The notes under the pieces: model-generated
Database searches by the model: none
What the model was told of the DNA's origin: nothing
What the model saw: only the letters and a program-made list of their open reading frames with translations
DNA from: a candidate division WWE3 bacterium RIFCSPHIGHO2_02_FULL_38_14
Lineage (GTDB): Bacteria; Patescibacteriota; WWE3; UBA101185; UBA10185
Direction: 5' to 3'
Length of the DNA: 64,000 nucleotides
Assembly: GCA_001772865.1 (NCBI GenBank)
Contig: MEVD01000003.1
Span: 62,812-126,811, forward strand
In this document: one piece after another, positions 20,431 to 29,780 of the stretch
How the letters are laid out: every line of letters starts with the position of its first letter
Position numbering within the stretch: the first letter of the stretch is position 1
Translations under genes and position numbers: made by a program

Positions 20431-20880
20431 ATGAATCTAAATGAATTAAGAAAAATAAGCGGAAATAAAAGACCATCTAAAAGGATCGGCCGCGGCAGAG
20501 GCAGCGGTAAAGGAATGCATACTGTCGGAAGAGGAAATAAAGGCCAGAAATCCAGAAAAGGCTATAATTTACCAATAGGATTTGAAGGAGGACAGGTGCC
20601 TTTATATAAGCGTCTTCCCACTATGGGAGGTTTTAAAAATCCGTTGTCAAAAGATATAATAATTGTAAAACTCTCTATGTTGAATGACTTTAAGGAAGGA
20701 AGTGAAATTACGCCTCAGCTTTTATTAAAGAGCGGGATTATAAAAAGAATCCCTAAATTCGGAGTTAAACTGCTGGGCAACGGAAAACTAACTAAAAAAT
20801 TGACACTAAAAGGATTTTTAGTTTCAGACTCTGCCGGTAAGAAAATACAAAAAGCCGGAGCAATACTGTTAAATGCTTAA
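20431..20880 (+). CDS. rplO: 50S ribosomal protein L15
   Basis: RIGRGRGSGKG and GFEGGQVPL motifs. Confidence 0.97.
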   Translation: MNLNELRKISGNKRPSKRIGRGRGSGKGMHTVGRGNKGQKSRKGYNLPIGFEGGQVPLYKRLPTMGGFKNPLSKDIIIVKLSMLNDFKEGSEITPQLLLKSGIIKRIPKFGVKLLGNGKLTKKLTLKGFLVSDSAGKKIQKAGAILLNA

Positions 20881-22129
20881 ATTTTTAAAAATTCCCGAAA
20901 TCCGCAGGAGGATTTTATTTACTCTGGGTGTTATTTTCGTTTTTAGGTTACTTGCTCATATACCTGTTCCCGGTGTTGATTCCAGTGCTCTGAAAAGTTA
21001 TTTAGAAGGCAGTACATTATTCGGACTTTTTGACCTTTTCAGCGGAGGCGGTTTTCAGAATTTTTCTATTGTTACAATGGGCTTAAACCCATATATTAAT
21101 GCTTCAATTATTATTCAGCTGTTTACAATGATGGTTCCCAGCCTGGAGGAACTGTCAAAAGAAGGCGAAACCGGGAGAGAAAAAATCAACATGTATACCA
21201 GGCTTCTTTCGGTACCAATTGCTCTACTGCAGTCATATGGTGTATATTTTCTGCTTTCGAAACAAGGTGTTATAAATACACTTAATCCTATTCAGCTTAT
21301 AGTTCTGGTTCTGACACTTTCAGCCGGGACCATGATTCTAATGTGGATCGGCGAGTTGGTTACTGAGTATGGAGTGGGAAACGGAATTTCTTTATTAATA
21401 TTTGTAGGTATTATAAGCAGACTGCCGTTAACATCTGCCCAGTTTGTTACCACCTTAAATCCTGAAAACCTTCCGAACTTAATTATATTTTTAGCTATAT
21501 CACTGTTTATAATTATGGGGGTTGTGATTGTGAATGAGGGAACGAGAAATATTCCATTGGAATATGGCAGATCGGGCCAGAAGTCCCAGAAAGTTACTAA
21601 TTACTTGCCTATTAAAATTAATCAAGCCGGAGTTATTCCGATTATTTTTGCTGTTTCCGTTGTATTGATTCCGTCGCTGATAAGCACTCCTATGCAGTCT
21701 TCGTCTAATGCTTTTTTAAGTAATTTAGGAACTTATTTAACAGCTAACTTTAACCCGAACTCGGTTTTATATAACGTTATTTATTTTGTTCTTGTGGTGG
21801 GATTTACTTATTTTTATACTACCGTTCAATTCAATCCCGAAAAAATATCAGATGATATTAAGAAGCGCGGTGGGTTTGTTCCGGGAATTAGGCCGGGAAA
21901 AAACACCACGGACTATTTAAAAGCCGTAATAACCAGAATAACCCTGGCAGGCGCATTATTTTTAGGTGCAATCGCCATCCTTCCCTATTTGGTGAACCAA
22001 TTTACAGGTGTGTCCACTTTTTCCGTCGGCGGTACCGGGCTTTTAATTGTAGTGTCGGTTATCTTGGAAACAATCAGACAAATGGAATCGATGGTTGTAA
22101 CCAAAAATTATAATAAGTTTCTGGAATAA
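20873..22129 (+). CDS. secY: Preprotein translocase subunit SecY
   Basis: HIPVPG, PYINASIIIQL, GVGNGISL and GFVPGIRPG motifs; multiple TM segments. Confidence 0.98.
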   Translation: MLKFLKIPEIRRRILFTLGVIFVFRLLAHIPVPGVDSSALKSYLEGSTLFGLFDLFSGGGFQNFSIVTMGLNPYINASIIIQLFTMMVPSLEELSKEGETGREKINMYTRLLSVPIALLQSYGVYFLLSKQGVINTLNPIQLIVLVLTLSAGTMILMWIGELVTEYGVGNGISLLIFVGIISRLPLTSAQFVTTLNPENLPNLIIFLAISLFIIMGVVIVNEGTRNIPLEYGRSGQKSQKVTNYLPIKINQAGVIPIIFAVSVVLIPSLISTPMQSSSNAFLSNLGTYLTANFNPNSVLYNVIYFVLVVGFTYFYTTVQFNPEKISDDIKKRGGFVPGIRPGKNTTDYLKAVITRITLAGALFLGAIAILPYLVNQFTGVSTFSVGGTGLLIVVSVILETIRQMESMVVTKNYNKFLE

Positions 22130-22149
22130 TCTCGTAGTATAATTATAAA

Positions 22150-22416
22150 ATGCTCGATAAACTTAAAGATTTAAACAAATTAAGAAAAGCTCAGTCAGAA
22201 ATCAAAAAACAACTTGAACAGATATATATATCCTCAGAAAAAAATGATATGTCTGTTTTAATCAGAGGAGACAAAAAAATCGAGAGACTGGTTGTGGACG
22301 GGGAAGAAAACAAGGAATTAAAAGATTTTTTAAATGTAGCTTTAAAAGAAGTTGACAAAAAAGTAGAAAAACAGATGAGAGGCCAGCTAGGTGATTTGGG
22401 AATTCCGGGTCTTTAA
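22150..22416 (+). CDS. YbaB/EbfC-family nucleoid-associated protein
   Basis: Helix-beta-beta-beta-helix pattern; C-terminal GDLGIPGL typical of YbaB. Confidence 0.7.
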   Translation: MLDKLKDLNKLRKAQSEIKKQLEQIYISSEKNDMSVLIRGDKKIERLVVDGEENKELKDFLNVALKEVDKKVEKQMRGQLGDLGIPGL

Positions 22417-22433
22417 TTTTTAAAATTATATTT

Positions 22434-23057
22434 ATGAAGTTTTTAATAGTAGGTCCGCAGGGCTCGGGCAAAGGAACAATCGGAGAAATGCTTAGCAAGC
22501 GCCTGGGTATTCCGCTGATTTCGGTCGGAGATATACTTAGAGATCTGCCGAAAGACCACCCAAAATATCAAGAAGTTCAAGATACAATAAACGGAGGGAA
22601 TTTAGCTCCGGTGGAAATTGTAGGGGAATTACTTAAGGAAAGGGTTTCTAAATCTGATTGTACTAACGGCTTTATTTTTGATGGCTGGGCGCGAAGACTT
22701 AAAGATATAGAATATTTTGATCCTGGTTTTGATAAAGTTATTTTATTAAATATTTCCCCCGGTACGTCGGTTAAAAGACTCTCTTCTAGGCGTACTTGTG
22801 AAAATTGTGGCAGTATTTTCAACATTGAAACGGTAAAGCCAAAAGTTGAAAACGTATGTGATGTATGCGGTGGAATGTTATTGCAAAGAGATGATGATAA
22901 GCCTGAAGCAATAATAAAAAGACTTGATATTTTTAATGAGGAGACAATGCCGGTAATTGATTACTTTCGAAAGAAAGGAGTGCTTTTAGAAATTAATGCC
23001 GAAACCTTACCCGAAGAAATTTTTGAAAATGTACTAAGAGCACTGAATAAAAATTGA
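22434..23057 (+). CDS. adk: Adenylate kinase with zinc lid
   Basis: GPQGSGKGT P-loop, CENC..CDVC lid and LLQRDDD motif. Confidence 0.95.
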   Translation: MKFLIVGPQGSGKGTIGEMLSKRLGIPLISVGDILRDLPKDHPKYQEVQDTINGGNLAPVEIVGELLKERVSKSDCTNGFIFDGWARRLKDIEYFDPGFDKVILLNISPGTSVKRLSSRRTCENCGSIFNIETVKPKVENVCDVCGGMLLQRDDDKPEAIIKRLDIFNEETMPVIDYFRKKGVLLEINAETLPEEIFENVLRALNKN

Positions 23058-23803
23058 TTTCAATAAAAACCCCTGAACAGCTTGATAAAATGAAAGAGGG
23101 TGGAATGATATCCGCAAATGCAGTAAAAGAAGTTTTAAACTATTTGAAACCGGGAGTAAAGACAATAGAATTAGAAAGGATTGCGGAGAAATATATTTTA
23201 AGCAAAGGAGGCAAACCGTCTTTTAAAACCGTGCCGGGCTATAATTATACTACCTGTATTAATATAAATGAAGGTATAGTACACGGTCTGCCGAATAATT
23301 ACGAAATTAAACGAGGCGATATAGTAAGTATAGATTTAGGAGTTTATTTTAAGGGATTTCATACCGATATTTCCTATACGTCAGAAGTTGAAACTCAAAA
23401 GGAAAAGGAATTTCTTAACACCGGCAAAAAGGCTTTAGACGGAGCGATTTCAAAATGCGTCGAAGGAAACACCTTGGGCGATATAGGATATGTAATACAA
23501 AATGTTGTAAAGAGTCATAATTGTTCGGTTTCAAGAGAATTAGTAGGACACGGGATAGGAAAAGAACTTCACGAGTCTCCATATGTCCCGGGATATGGAA
23601 AAAGAGGTCACGGGTCTAAATTGAAAGAGGGAATGGTTTTTGCGATAGAAGTTATATATCAAAAGGGCAAACCCGACTTAGCGCTGGATAAAGACGGCTG
23701 GACTTTAATAACAAAAGATCACAGCCTCTCAGCTCTATTTGAACATACCGTGATTATAGGGAAAAACAACCCTCTGGTGATAACCGATTCACATTTTACC
23801 TAA
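23054..23803 (+). CDS. map: Methionine aminopeptidase type I
   Basis: VHGLP, SIDLG..HTD, GHGIG..LHE, FAIE and FEHT motifs. Confidence 0.95.
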   Translation: MISIKTPEQLDKMKEGGMISANAVKEVLNYLKPGVKTIELERIAEKYILSKGGKPSFKTVPGYNYTTCININEGIVHGLPNNYEIKRGDIVSIDLGVYFKGFHTDISYTSEVETQKEKEFLNTGKKALDGAISKCVEGNTLGDIGYVIQNVVKSHNCSVSRELVGHGIGKELHESPYVPGYGKRGHGSKLKEGMVFAIEVIYQKGKPDLALDKDGWTLITKDHSLSALFEHTVIIGKNNPLVITDSHFT

Positions 23804-23816
23804 ATTTAAATATAAT
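23788..23816 (+). promoter_or_regulatory. Sigma70 promoter, probably leaderless, at the start of the glycosylation locus
   Basis: TTCACA-17-TATAAT-7-ATG(23824). Confidence 0.6.
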
Positions 23817-23823
23817 TTTAAAG

Positions 23824-24771
23824 ATGTATAATACTCTGCCTATTGAGAAATACATGTTCATTCATAATTTTCTGCCTCACCCCGTTCATCGTACGAGGGC
23901 TCGGCTTCTTTCACACAGAGCTCTAATGATGTATAACTTTCTGCTAATTCTGTTTTTTATTATTACTCAGTACGCTCCAAAATTATATCCGGGAGTTTTA
24001 GGTTATGCCTCGGATATCAAAGTCAGCGAATTATTAAATTTAACTAATAAAAAACGTACTTCAGACGGTCTTCCTGCATTAACATTAAATGAAGCTCTTT
24101 CTAAAGCTGCATATAAAAAAGCGCAGGATATGTTTGCCAAGGATTATTGGGCACATGTTTCACCGGATGGTATAGAACCATGGGATTTTATTTTAGCCGA
24201 AAAATATGATTATTCTTATGCAGGTGAAAACTTGGCCAAAAACTTTAATTCATCCAAAGAAGTGGTGGATGCATGGATAAGCTCCCCATCCCATAAAGAT
24301 AATATGATAAGTAAAAATTATGATGAAATAGGTTTTGCTGTAGTGAACGGAACTTTAGATGGGTATAAAACCACATTGGTAGTGCAATTTTTCGGAAAAC
24401 CTAGAACACCTTCGTATTTGGCAGAAGCCGACAAAGAAACCGTCAATGAGAAAATTCTTGAAAGTGTAAGTGAAGAATCGGAAACAGAAATTACAGCAGA
24501 AATTCCAAAACCGGTTGGATCTGAATCGGGTTTAAATTTGCGTACATTATCGTACGAATCTTTTCCAACCTTAATTGATGTTTCAGCTGTGCAGAAAATA
24601 GTAGGATTAACGTTCGGGGGTTTTATTTCGGGTTTGTTGGCGGTTGATATTTGGTATTCAAAAAAGAAATCCATTCCAAAGTTTACCGGGCACACCCTGG
24701 CGCATCTGTCAATTTTAGCAATAGCTGTTATTGGTATCTGGCTGGCTCTATCACCCGGGAAAATATTATAG
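23824..24771 (+). CDS. Membrane-anchored CAP (SCP-like) domain protein
   Basis: LTNKKR..L..N..L..AA..KA.DM...YWAH, AGENLA and WISSPSHKDNM motifs; one N-terminal and two C-terminal TM segments. Confidence 0.9.
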   Translation: MYNTLPIEKYMFIHNFLPHPVHRTRARLLSHRALMMYNFLLILFFIITQYAPKLYPGVLGYASDIKVSELLNLTNKKRTSDGLPALTLNEALSKAAYKKAQDMFAKDYWAHVSPDGIEPWDFILAEKYDYSYAGENLAKNFNSSKEVVDAWISSPSHKDNMISKNYDEIGFAVVNGTLDGYKTTLVVQFFGKPRTPSYLAEADKETVNEKILESVSEESETEITAEIPKPVGSESGLNLRTLSYESFPTLIDVSAVQKIVGLTFGGFISGLLAVDIWYSKKKSIPKFTGHTLAHLSILAIAVIGIWLALSPGKIL

Positions 24772-24781
24772 GAAATAATAT

Positions 24782-25039
24782 ATGCGTGAAGAAGAAAAAC
24801 ATCTAAAACATTATTTAATATTGGTATTAGGTATAGTGATATTTATGTTATTTATAGCCTATTTTAAATATTATAATAATGTTCAAATACTTTTGTCGGC
24901 TGGTTTGTCGGCGTTTTACTGCTTATGGGGTATAATACACCATGCTGTGGAAGGAAGGCTTTCACGACTGATCTTTCTGGAATACATTCTTATAGGTTTT
25001 CTGGTGTTTTTGCTTTTATTTACTGCTCTAAGCATATAA
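24782..25039 (+). CDS. Small 3-TM hypothetical membrane protein
   Basis: Hydrophobic ORF with Y..WGIIHH and LEY motifs; operonic spacing. Confidence 0.7.
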   Translation: MREEEKHLKHYLILVLGIVIFMLFIAYFKYYNNVQILLSAGLSAFYCLWGIIHHAVEGRLSRLIFLEYILIGFLVFLLLFTALSI

Positions 25040-25067
25040 GGCATATGATTCTCAAAAAAGCAATTTT

Positions 25068-26186
25068 ATGAAGATTGTAATTGTAATACCAACATATAAC
25101 GAAGCTTTAAATATAGGAAGATTAATAGACTCATTAAATGAAGTTTTCAAGTTAAAACCTGACGAGGATTTTCATATTTTAATCGTAGATGCAAATTCTC
25201 CGGATGGAACCGCCGGGGTAGTAAAGCAGAAAATGGATACTTTTGGAAATGTTCATATTCTTATTGAGGAAAAGAAAGCCGGATTGGGTGCAGCATATAT
25301 TGCGGCTTTTAAATATGCTCTTCAAAACTTGAGTCCTGATGTAATAATGGAGATGGATGCAGATTTTCAGCATAATCCTGATGATTTGATGAAGATTGTC
25401 AATGAAATTCAGAACGGAAATGATTATGTAATCGGGTCCAGATTTACTGAGGGTGGAAGTATTCCAAAAGATTGGGCACTTTATAGAAAAATTCTAAGCT
25501 ATGGCGGAAATCTGTTCACAAAGCTTGTCTTAGGAATTTATCAGGTAAATGATTTTACCTCAGGATTTAAAGCTTCGAGAGTAAAAAACTTTGTGGACAG
25601 AATAGATTTAGTTTCTGTTTTATCCGGTGGCTTTGCTTATAAAATAGATCTTTTATTCAAAATGTACAAGCTGGGGGCGAAAATAAAAGAAGTTCCCATA
25701 ACTTTCGGACTGCGGGACAGGGGTGATTCCAAAATGGAGAGAAATAATTTTATCGATTCTCTTAGGGTGGTACTTTCAATCAGATATAATGAGAATTCCA
25801 GTTTTTTTAAATTTGCCTTGGTTGGATTTGTTGGATTGTTCGTTGACGGCGGATTGTTTAATATTTTAAGGCTTACACCCCTACGTTCAAGTTTAGCCAC
25901 ACCCGTGTCCGGTTTTATTGCTATGATGACTACTTATTTGTTGAATAATTACTGGTCGTTTTCCGACCGCAAAATAGATAGCATTAATAAAAAGCTGGTC
26001 GGGTTTATAGTTTATGTAATATCGTCTACAATACCAATATTAGTACGATCCAAGTTGGTCATTATTGCTACATCAGCATTCGGAGACACTTTTTTTGTTT
26101 CCAATACAGCGTTTTTTATTGGCATAGTTTTCGGTCTAGTGTGGAATTTCCTGGTTTATAGTAAAATAATCTGGAGAAAAAGGTAA
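25068..26186 (+). CDS. Polyprenol-phosphate mannose synthase-like GT2 fused to a GtrA-like flippase domain
   Basis: IPTYNE, VDANSPDGT, MDADFQH and DFTSGF motifs; C-terminal 4-TM FFKFALVG..NNYWSF..WNF. Confidence 0.88.
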   Translation: MKIVIVIPTYNEALNIGRLIDSLNEVFKLKPDEDFHILIVDANSPDGTAGVVKQKMDTFGNVHILIEEKKAGLGAAYIAAFKYALQNLSPDVIMEMDADFQHNPDDLMKIVNEIQNGNDYVIGSRFTEGGSIPKDWALYRKILSYGGNLFTKLVLGIYQVNDFTSGFKASRVKNFVDRIDLVSVLSGGFAYKIDLLFKMYKLGAKIKEVPITFGLRDRGDSKMERNNFIDSLRVVLSIRYNENSSFFKFALVGFVGLFVDGGLFNILRLTPLRSSLATPVSGFIAMMTTYLLNNYWSFSDRKIDSINKKLVGFIVYVISSTIPILVRSKLVIIATSAFGDTFFVSNTAFFIGIVFGLVWNFLVYSKIIWRKR

Positions 26187-26188
26187 TT

Positions 26189-26947
26189 ATGATTGAATAC
26201 TCTGTTGTAATACCGGCATTTAATGAAGCCGATAAAATAACAACTTCCCTTACTCAAGTGCTTTCTTATATGAGGTCCTTTTCTAACTCGTTTGAAGTAA
26301 TTATTGTAGACGACGGCAGTAAGGATAACACCGCTGACATAGTGGAGAAATATCTGGAAAGTAATTCCTGCCCGGAAATTAAGTTAATTAAAAATCCTCA
26401 TAAAGGTAAAGGACCGGCGGTATGGACAGGAGTTATGAATGCGGAAGGAGAATATATATATACGGCTGATGCAGACTTATCAACTCCTATGACAGAATTA
26501 AAAAAACTGAGTCTTTGGATTAAAGAACATAATTTCGACATAGTGATAGCATCTCGTGAAGGTGCAGGTGCTCAAAGAATTAATGAACCATTTTACAGAC
26601 ATCTGCTGGGAAGAGTGTTTAATTATGTTGTTCAATTATTTGCTCTTCCGGGGATTAGAGACTCCCAATGTGGGTTTAAATTATTCAAAAAAGAAGCAGC
26701 TAAAACTACATTCAAAAAACTTAAATTATATGGAGAAACTGCAAAAACAACAGATAAAGCGTACTTAGGAGCCTGGGATGTTGAGGTTTTATATTTAGCT
26801 AGGAAGCTGGGCTATAAAATCAAAGAAATACCTGTTACCTGGGTTTATGTAAAAACGACCCGTCTAAACCCATTTAAAGATTCACTTAAGATGCTTATGG
26901 ATGTAATGAGAGTTCGAATTAATTATTTAAAAGGGGTTTATAAGTAA
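26189..26947 (+). CDS. Dolichyl-phosphate beta-glucosyltransferase (ALG5-like) GT2
   Basis: IPAFNE, VDDGSKD, DADLST, DSQCGFKLF, DVEVL and EIPVTW motifs. Confidence 0.88.
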   Translation: MIEYSVVIPAFNEADKITTSLTQVLSYMRSFSNSFEVIIVDDGSKDNTADIVEKYLESNSCPEIKLIKNPHKGKGPAVWTGVMNAEGEYIYTADADLSTPMTELKKLSLWIKEHNFDIVIASREGAGAQRINEPFYRHLLGRVFNYVVQLFALPGIRDSQCGFKLFKKEAAKTTFKKLKLYGETAKTTDKAYLGAWDVEVLYLARKLGYKIKEIPVTWVYVKTTRLNPFKDSLKMLMDVMRVRINYLKGVYK

Positions 26948-26994
26948 ACCTGATTTTTAGGATTGCCGGACAATATTGAAGGAGTATAAAAAGT

Positions 26995-27260
26995 ATGAAC
27001 TTATGTGTTATTAGGACAGGTTATGTCGGCCTTGTAGGGGCCGCTATTTTTGCCGAAAGAGAAAATAATGTTGCTGGAGTACGGTCTGCATATTGACTGA
27101 ATGGGACGAGTTTAAAGAACTGGATTTGGCTAGAACTAAATCTTTGATGAAAAAGCCCATTTTATTTGACGGAAGGAATTTGCTAAAACAAAAGGAGGTA
27201 GAGGGAGCAGGTTTCGTTTATTTCGCTTTCGGAAAAAAGATACGGAAGAAGCGGATATAA
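26995..27260 (+). pseudogene. ugd: UDP-glucose 6-dehydrogenase remnant (N- and C-termini joined by a large deletion)
   Basis: 26995-27081 reads MNLCVIRTGYVGLVGAAIFAE; a second frame from about 27084 reads VCILTEWDEFKELDL..LMKKPILFDGRNL..AGFVY; AAGGAG upstream. Confidence 0.88.
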
Positions 27261-27281
27261 TAAGAACAGCGGTGCTTCAGA

Positions 27282-28499
27282 ATGGAGGAAATAAACGCCA
27301 GTAAAAAAAGAATACTGTATTTTATACCTACATTTCCTGTATTAACGGAAACTTTTATTGCGCGTGAAGTAATAAAGGTTATAGAAATCGGAGAGGTTGA
27401 TGTTCGTATTTTGTCCCTTAGTAAAGATAGAGGATCTATTGAAGAATTTGTAAAAGACAGGGTGACTTATAAACGTATCGGTATACCCGACTGTATTTTT
27501 GCTCTTTCATACCTTTTCCAAAACTCTAAAATGGTTTTTAGAATTTATAAGGAAATATTTTTTTCGTCAGGATTGTGGAATATTTCAAATTTGTATTTGT
27601 TTTTTAAATCTCTTGCGTATGCAAATATCATAAAGCAGTTTAACCCCGATCACATTCACTGCCACTTTTTATCAGATCCTTCTACTATTATTCTCATAGT
27701 ATCGAGAATTTTAAATATTCCTTTCAGTGTATCCGGCCACGCTAAAGACGTTTTTTTAACCGGTACATTAATAAAAGAGAAAGTAAAATATTCTAAATTT
27801 ACAACTATATGTAATTCTTTTGCTTTTGGTAAGGCGTTGGAAAAAGTTGATAAGGAAGACCGCGACAAATTGAAATTACTTTTTCATGGAATAGATATCA
27901 ATCTGTTTTCAGATCCTCCAAAAAAACATAAACCAAATCGTCCCGCGATTTTTTTGGGTGGTACACGTTTGATTGAAAAAAAAGGAATCAAATATTTAAT
28001 TGAGGCTTCGGCTATTTTGAAGTCTAAAGGGATTTCCCATCAAATTGATATAGTCGGTCCCGGCCCACAATTCAATGAATTTAAAAACTTAATTAAGCAA
28101 AAAGAGCTTAGAAATTACGTTTTTATTCACGGGGAGGGAAATGGCACCCCTTTTGAGGAAGTTAAAGAGTTTTACAAAATAGCTGATATTTTTGTTCTGC
28201 CAAGTATTGAAACCGTTGAAGGGGATGTCGACGGTGTTCCGACGGTAGTAATAGAAGCAGCCATAGCTAAGCTTCCAATAATTACTACAAATGCTGGGGG
28301 AATCACAGATTTAATAAATGAAACTACCGGTTTGATTGTGCCTCAAAGAGATGCCGATTCTCTGGCTTTGGCAATAGAGAAACTGATTTTAAACCCGGAA
28401 CTGAGAGTTAAACTAGGAAAAACCGCTTATGAAAAAGCATCCGTAATGTTTGATATAAATATAAATGCAAGAAAGCTGCAGGAGGAATTTTTGGTATGA
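27282..28499 (+). CDS. GT4 glycosyltransferase (WcaL-like)
   Basis: FPVLTETFI, HIHCHF, RLIEKKG, ADIFVLPS and DGVPTVVIEA motifs. Confidence 0.9.
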   Translation: MEEINASKKRILYFIPTFPVLTETFIAREVIKVIEIGEVDVRILSLSKDRGSIEEFVKDRVTYKRIGIPDCIFALSYLFQNSKMVFRIYKEIFFSSGLWNISNLYLFFKSLAYANIIKQFNPDHIHCHFLSDPSTIILIVSRILNIPFSVSGHAKDVFLTGTLIKEKVKYSKFTTICNSFAFGKALEKVDKEDRDKLKLLFHGIDINLFSDPPKKHKPNRPAIFLGGTRLIEKKGIKYLIEASAILKSKGISHQIDIVGPGPQFNEFKNLIKQKELRNYVFIHGEGNGTPFEEVKEFYKIADIFVLPSIETVEGDVDGVPTVVIEAAIAKLPIITTNAGGITDLINETTGLIVPQRDADSLALAIEKLILNPELRVKLGKTAYEKASVMFDININARKLQEEFLV

Positions 28500-29695
28500 A
28501 TATAGCAGTTTTTGTAAAAGCTTCTACTTTTCACTCCGGATATGGCGGGTTGGAAACTCAAAATAAAGCACTTTGTGAAAAGCTTGCGGAAAGGGGGCAT
28601 AATGTTACGGTGTTTTCGCCTAAAAAAGAATTAGATTCAGATACGCGAAGTTTAAATAGGGTTAATTATGTGTTTGTGCCGTGTAAATTTAAAATGGGAA
28701 TGTTATTGGGATTCGGTGGCCGTTTGGATAAAAATAACTGGCTTAATAAATCTTATGATGCTTTTAAGTCTTATCATGAAAATAACAAGTATGATTTAGT
28801 TCTTGGGCATAGTTCGGCGGCGTTAGGAATTATATTTAAAAAAAATGATTTAGGAATAAAAGTGGTTTCTGTAGCTCACGGCAGCATAATTGGGGAATTA
28901 AAAACATATTATAAGGAAATGAGTTCTTTTTCGGATTATATTACTGCAATTCCTAATACAGCCTTTGCGGTAAAAAATTTCTTTTCAAGACAACGGGAAT
29001 ATGTTTTGGGGAGTGATAAAGTTATAGCTGTTTCCGGTGCTGTAAAAAACGCCTTAATAGACGAAACATTTTCACCAGAGGAAAAATTTGTTGTAATACA
29101 CAACGGTATTAATCCTCCTCCTCAAATTGAAAAAAATAAATCAGGAGAAACATTAAATTTAATATATGTGGGTAAAATGATCAAATCTAAAGGTGTATTC
29201 AATCTTATAAATGTTTTGTCCGATCCTCTTTTTGTAGATATAAAACTAAATATGGTGGGCAGCGGAAGAAACCTGGAAGAACTTAAAAAACATTCGAATT
29301 CGAAAAACCTTTCCGTGAAAGTAGTATTTCACGGGAATGTTCCGCCAGAGAGAGTTATGCCATTAATGCAGAACAGTGATTTATTTGTGCTGCCTACACT
29401 TAGATTTGAAGGATTTCCTATGACATTAGTTGAGGCGATGTTTGCAGGCCTTCCCATAATTGCAAATGATATGGGAGGAAACTCGGACGCGGTAGTAAAC
29501 GGAGAAACAGGATTTTTAACGGATCCTTTAAACCTAAACGATTTTAAGGAAAAATTGCTAAAATTAGTCAGCAATAGGGATTTGATTAGAGAAATGAGCA
29601 TAAAAGCGCGGAAAAGAGCCGAAAAAGAGTTTACTACAGATATTATGGCTGATAAATACGAATCTGTATTTGAGCAGGTATTAAAGTTGCAGTGA
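28496..29695 (+). CDS. GT4 glycosyltransferase
   Basis: GGLE, VIHNG and EGFPMTLVEAM motifs. Confidence 0.92.
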   Translation: MNIAVFVKASTFHSGYGGLETQNKALCEKLAERGHNVTVFSPKKELDSDTRSLNRVNYVFVPCKFKMGMLLGFGGRLDKNNWLNKSYDAFKSYHENNKYDLVLGHSSAALGIIFKKNDLGIKVVSVAHGSIIGELKTYYKEMSSFSDYITAIPNTAFAVKNFFSRQREYVLGSDKVIAVSGAVKNALIDETFSPEEKFVVIHNGINPPPQIEKNKSGETLNLIYVGKMIKSKGVFNLINVLSDPLFVDIKLNMVGSGRNLEELKKHSNSKNLSVKVVFHGNVPPERVMPLMQNSDLFVLPTLRFEGFPMTLVEAMFAGLPIIANDMGGNSDAVVNGETGFLTDPLNLNDFKEKLLKLVSNRDLIREMSIKARKRAEKEFTTDIMADKYESVFEQVLKLQ

Positions 29696-29780
29696 AGTTT
29701 ATTTATGGTACTTAGTATGTTTAAAATACAATCAAAATTACTGATCCAGGAGTTTTAATTTATACTTTTATTAAAGAACT

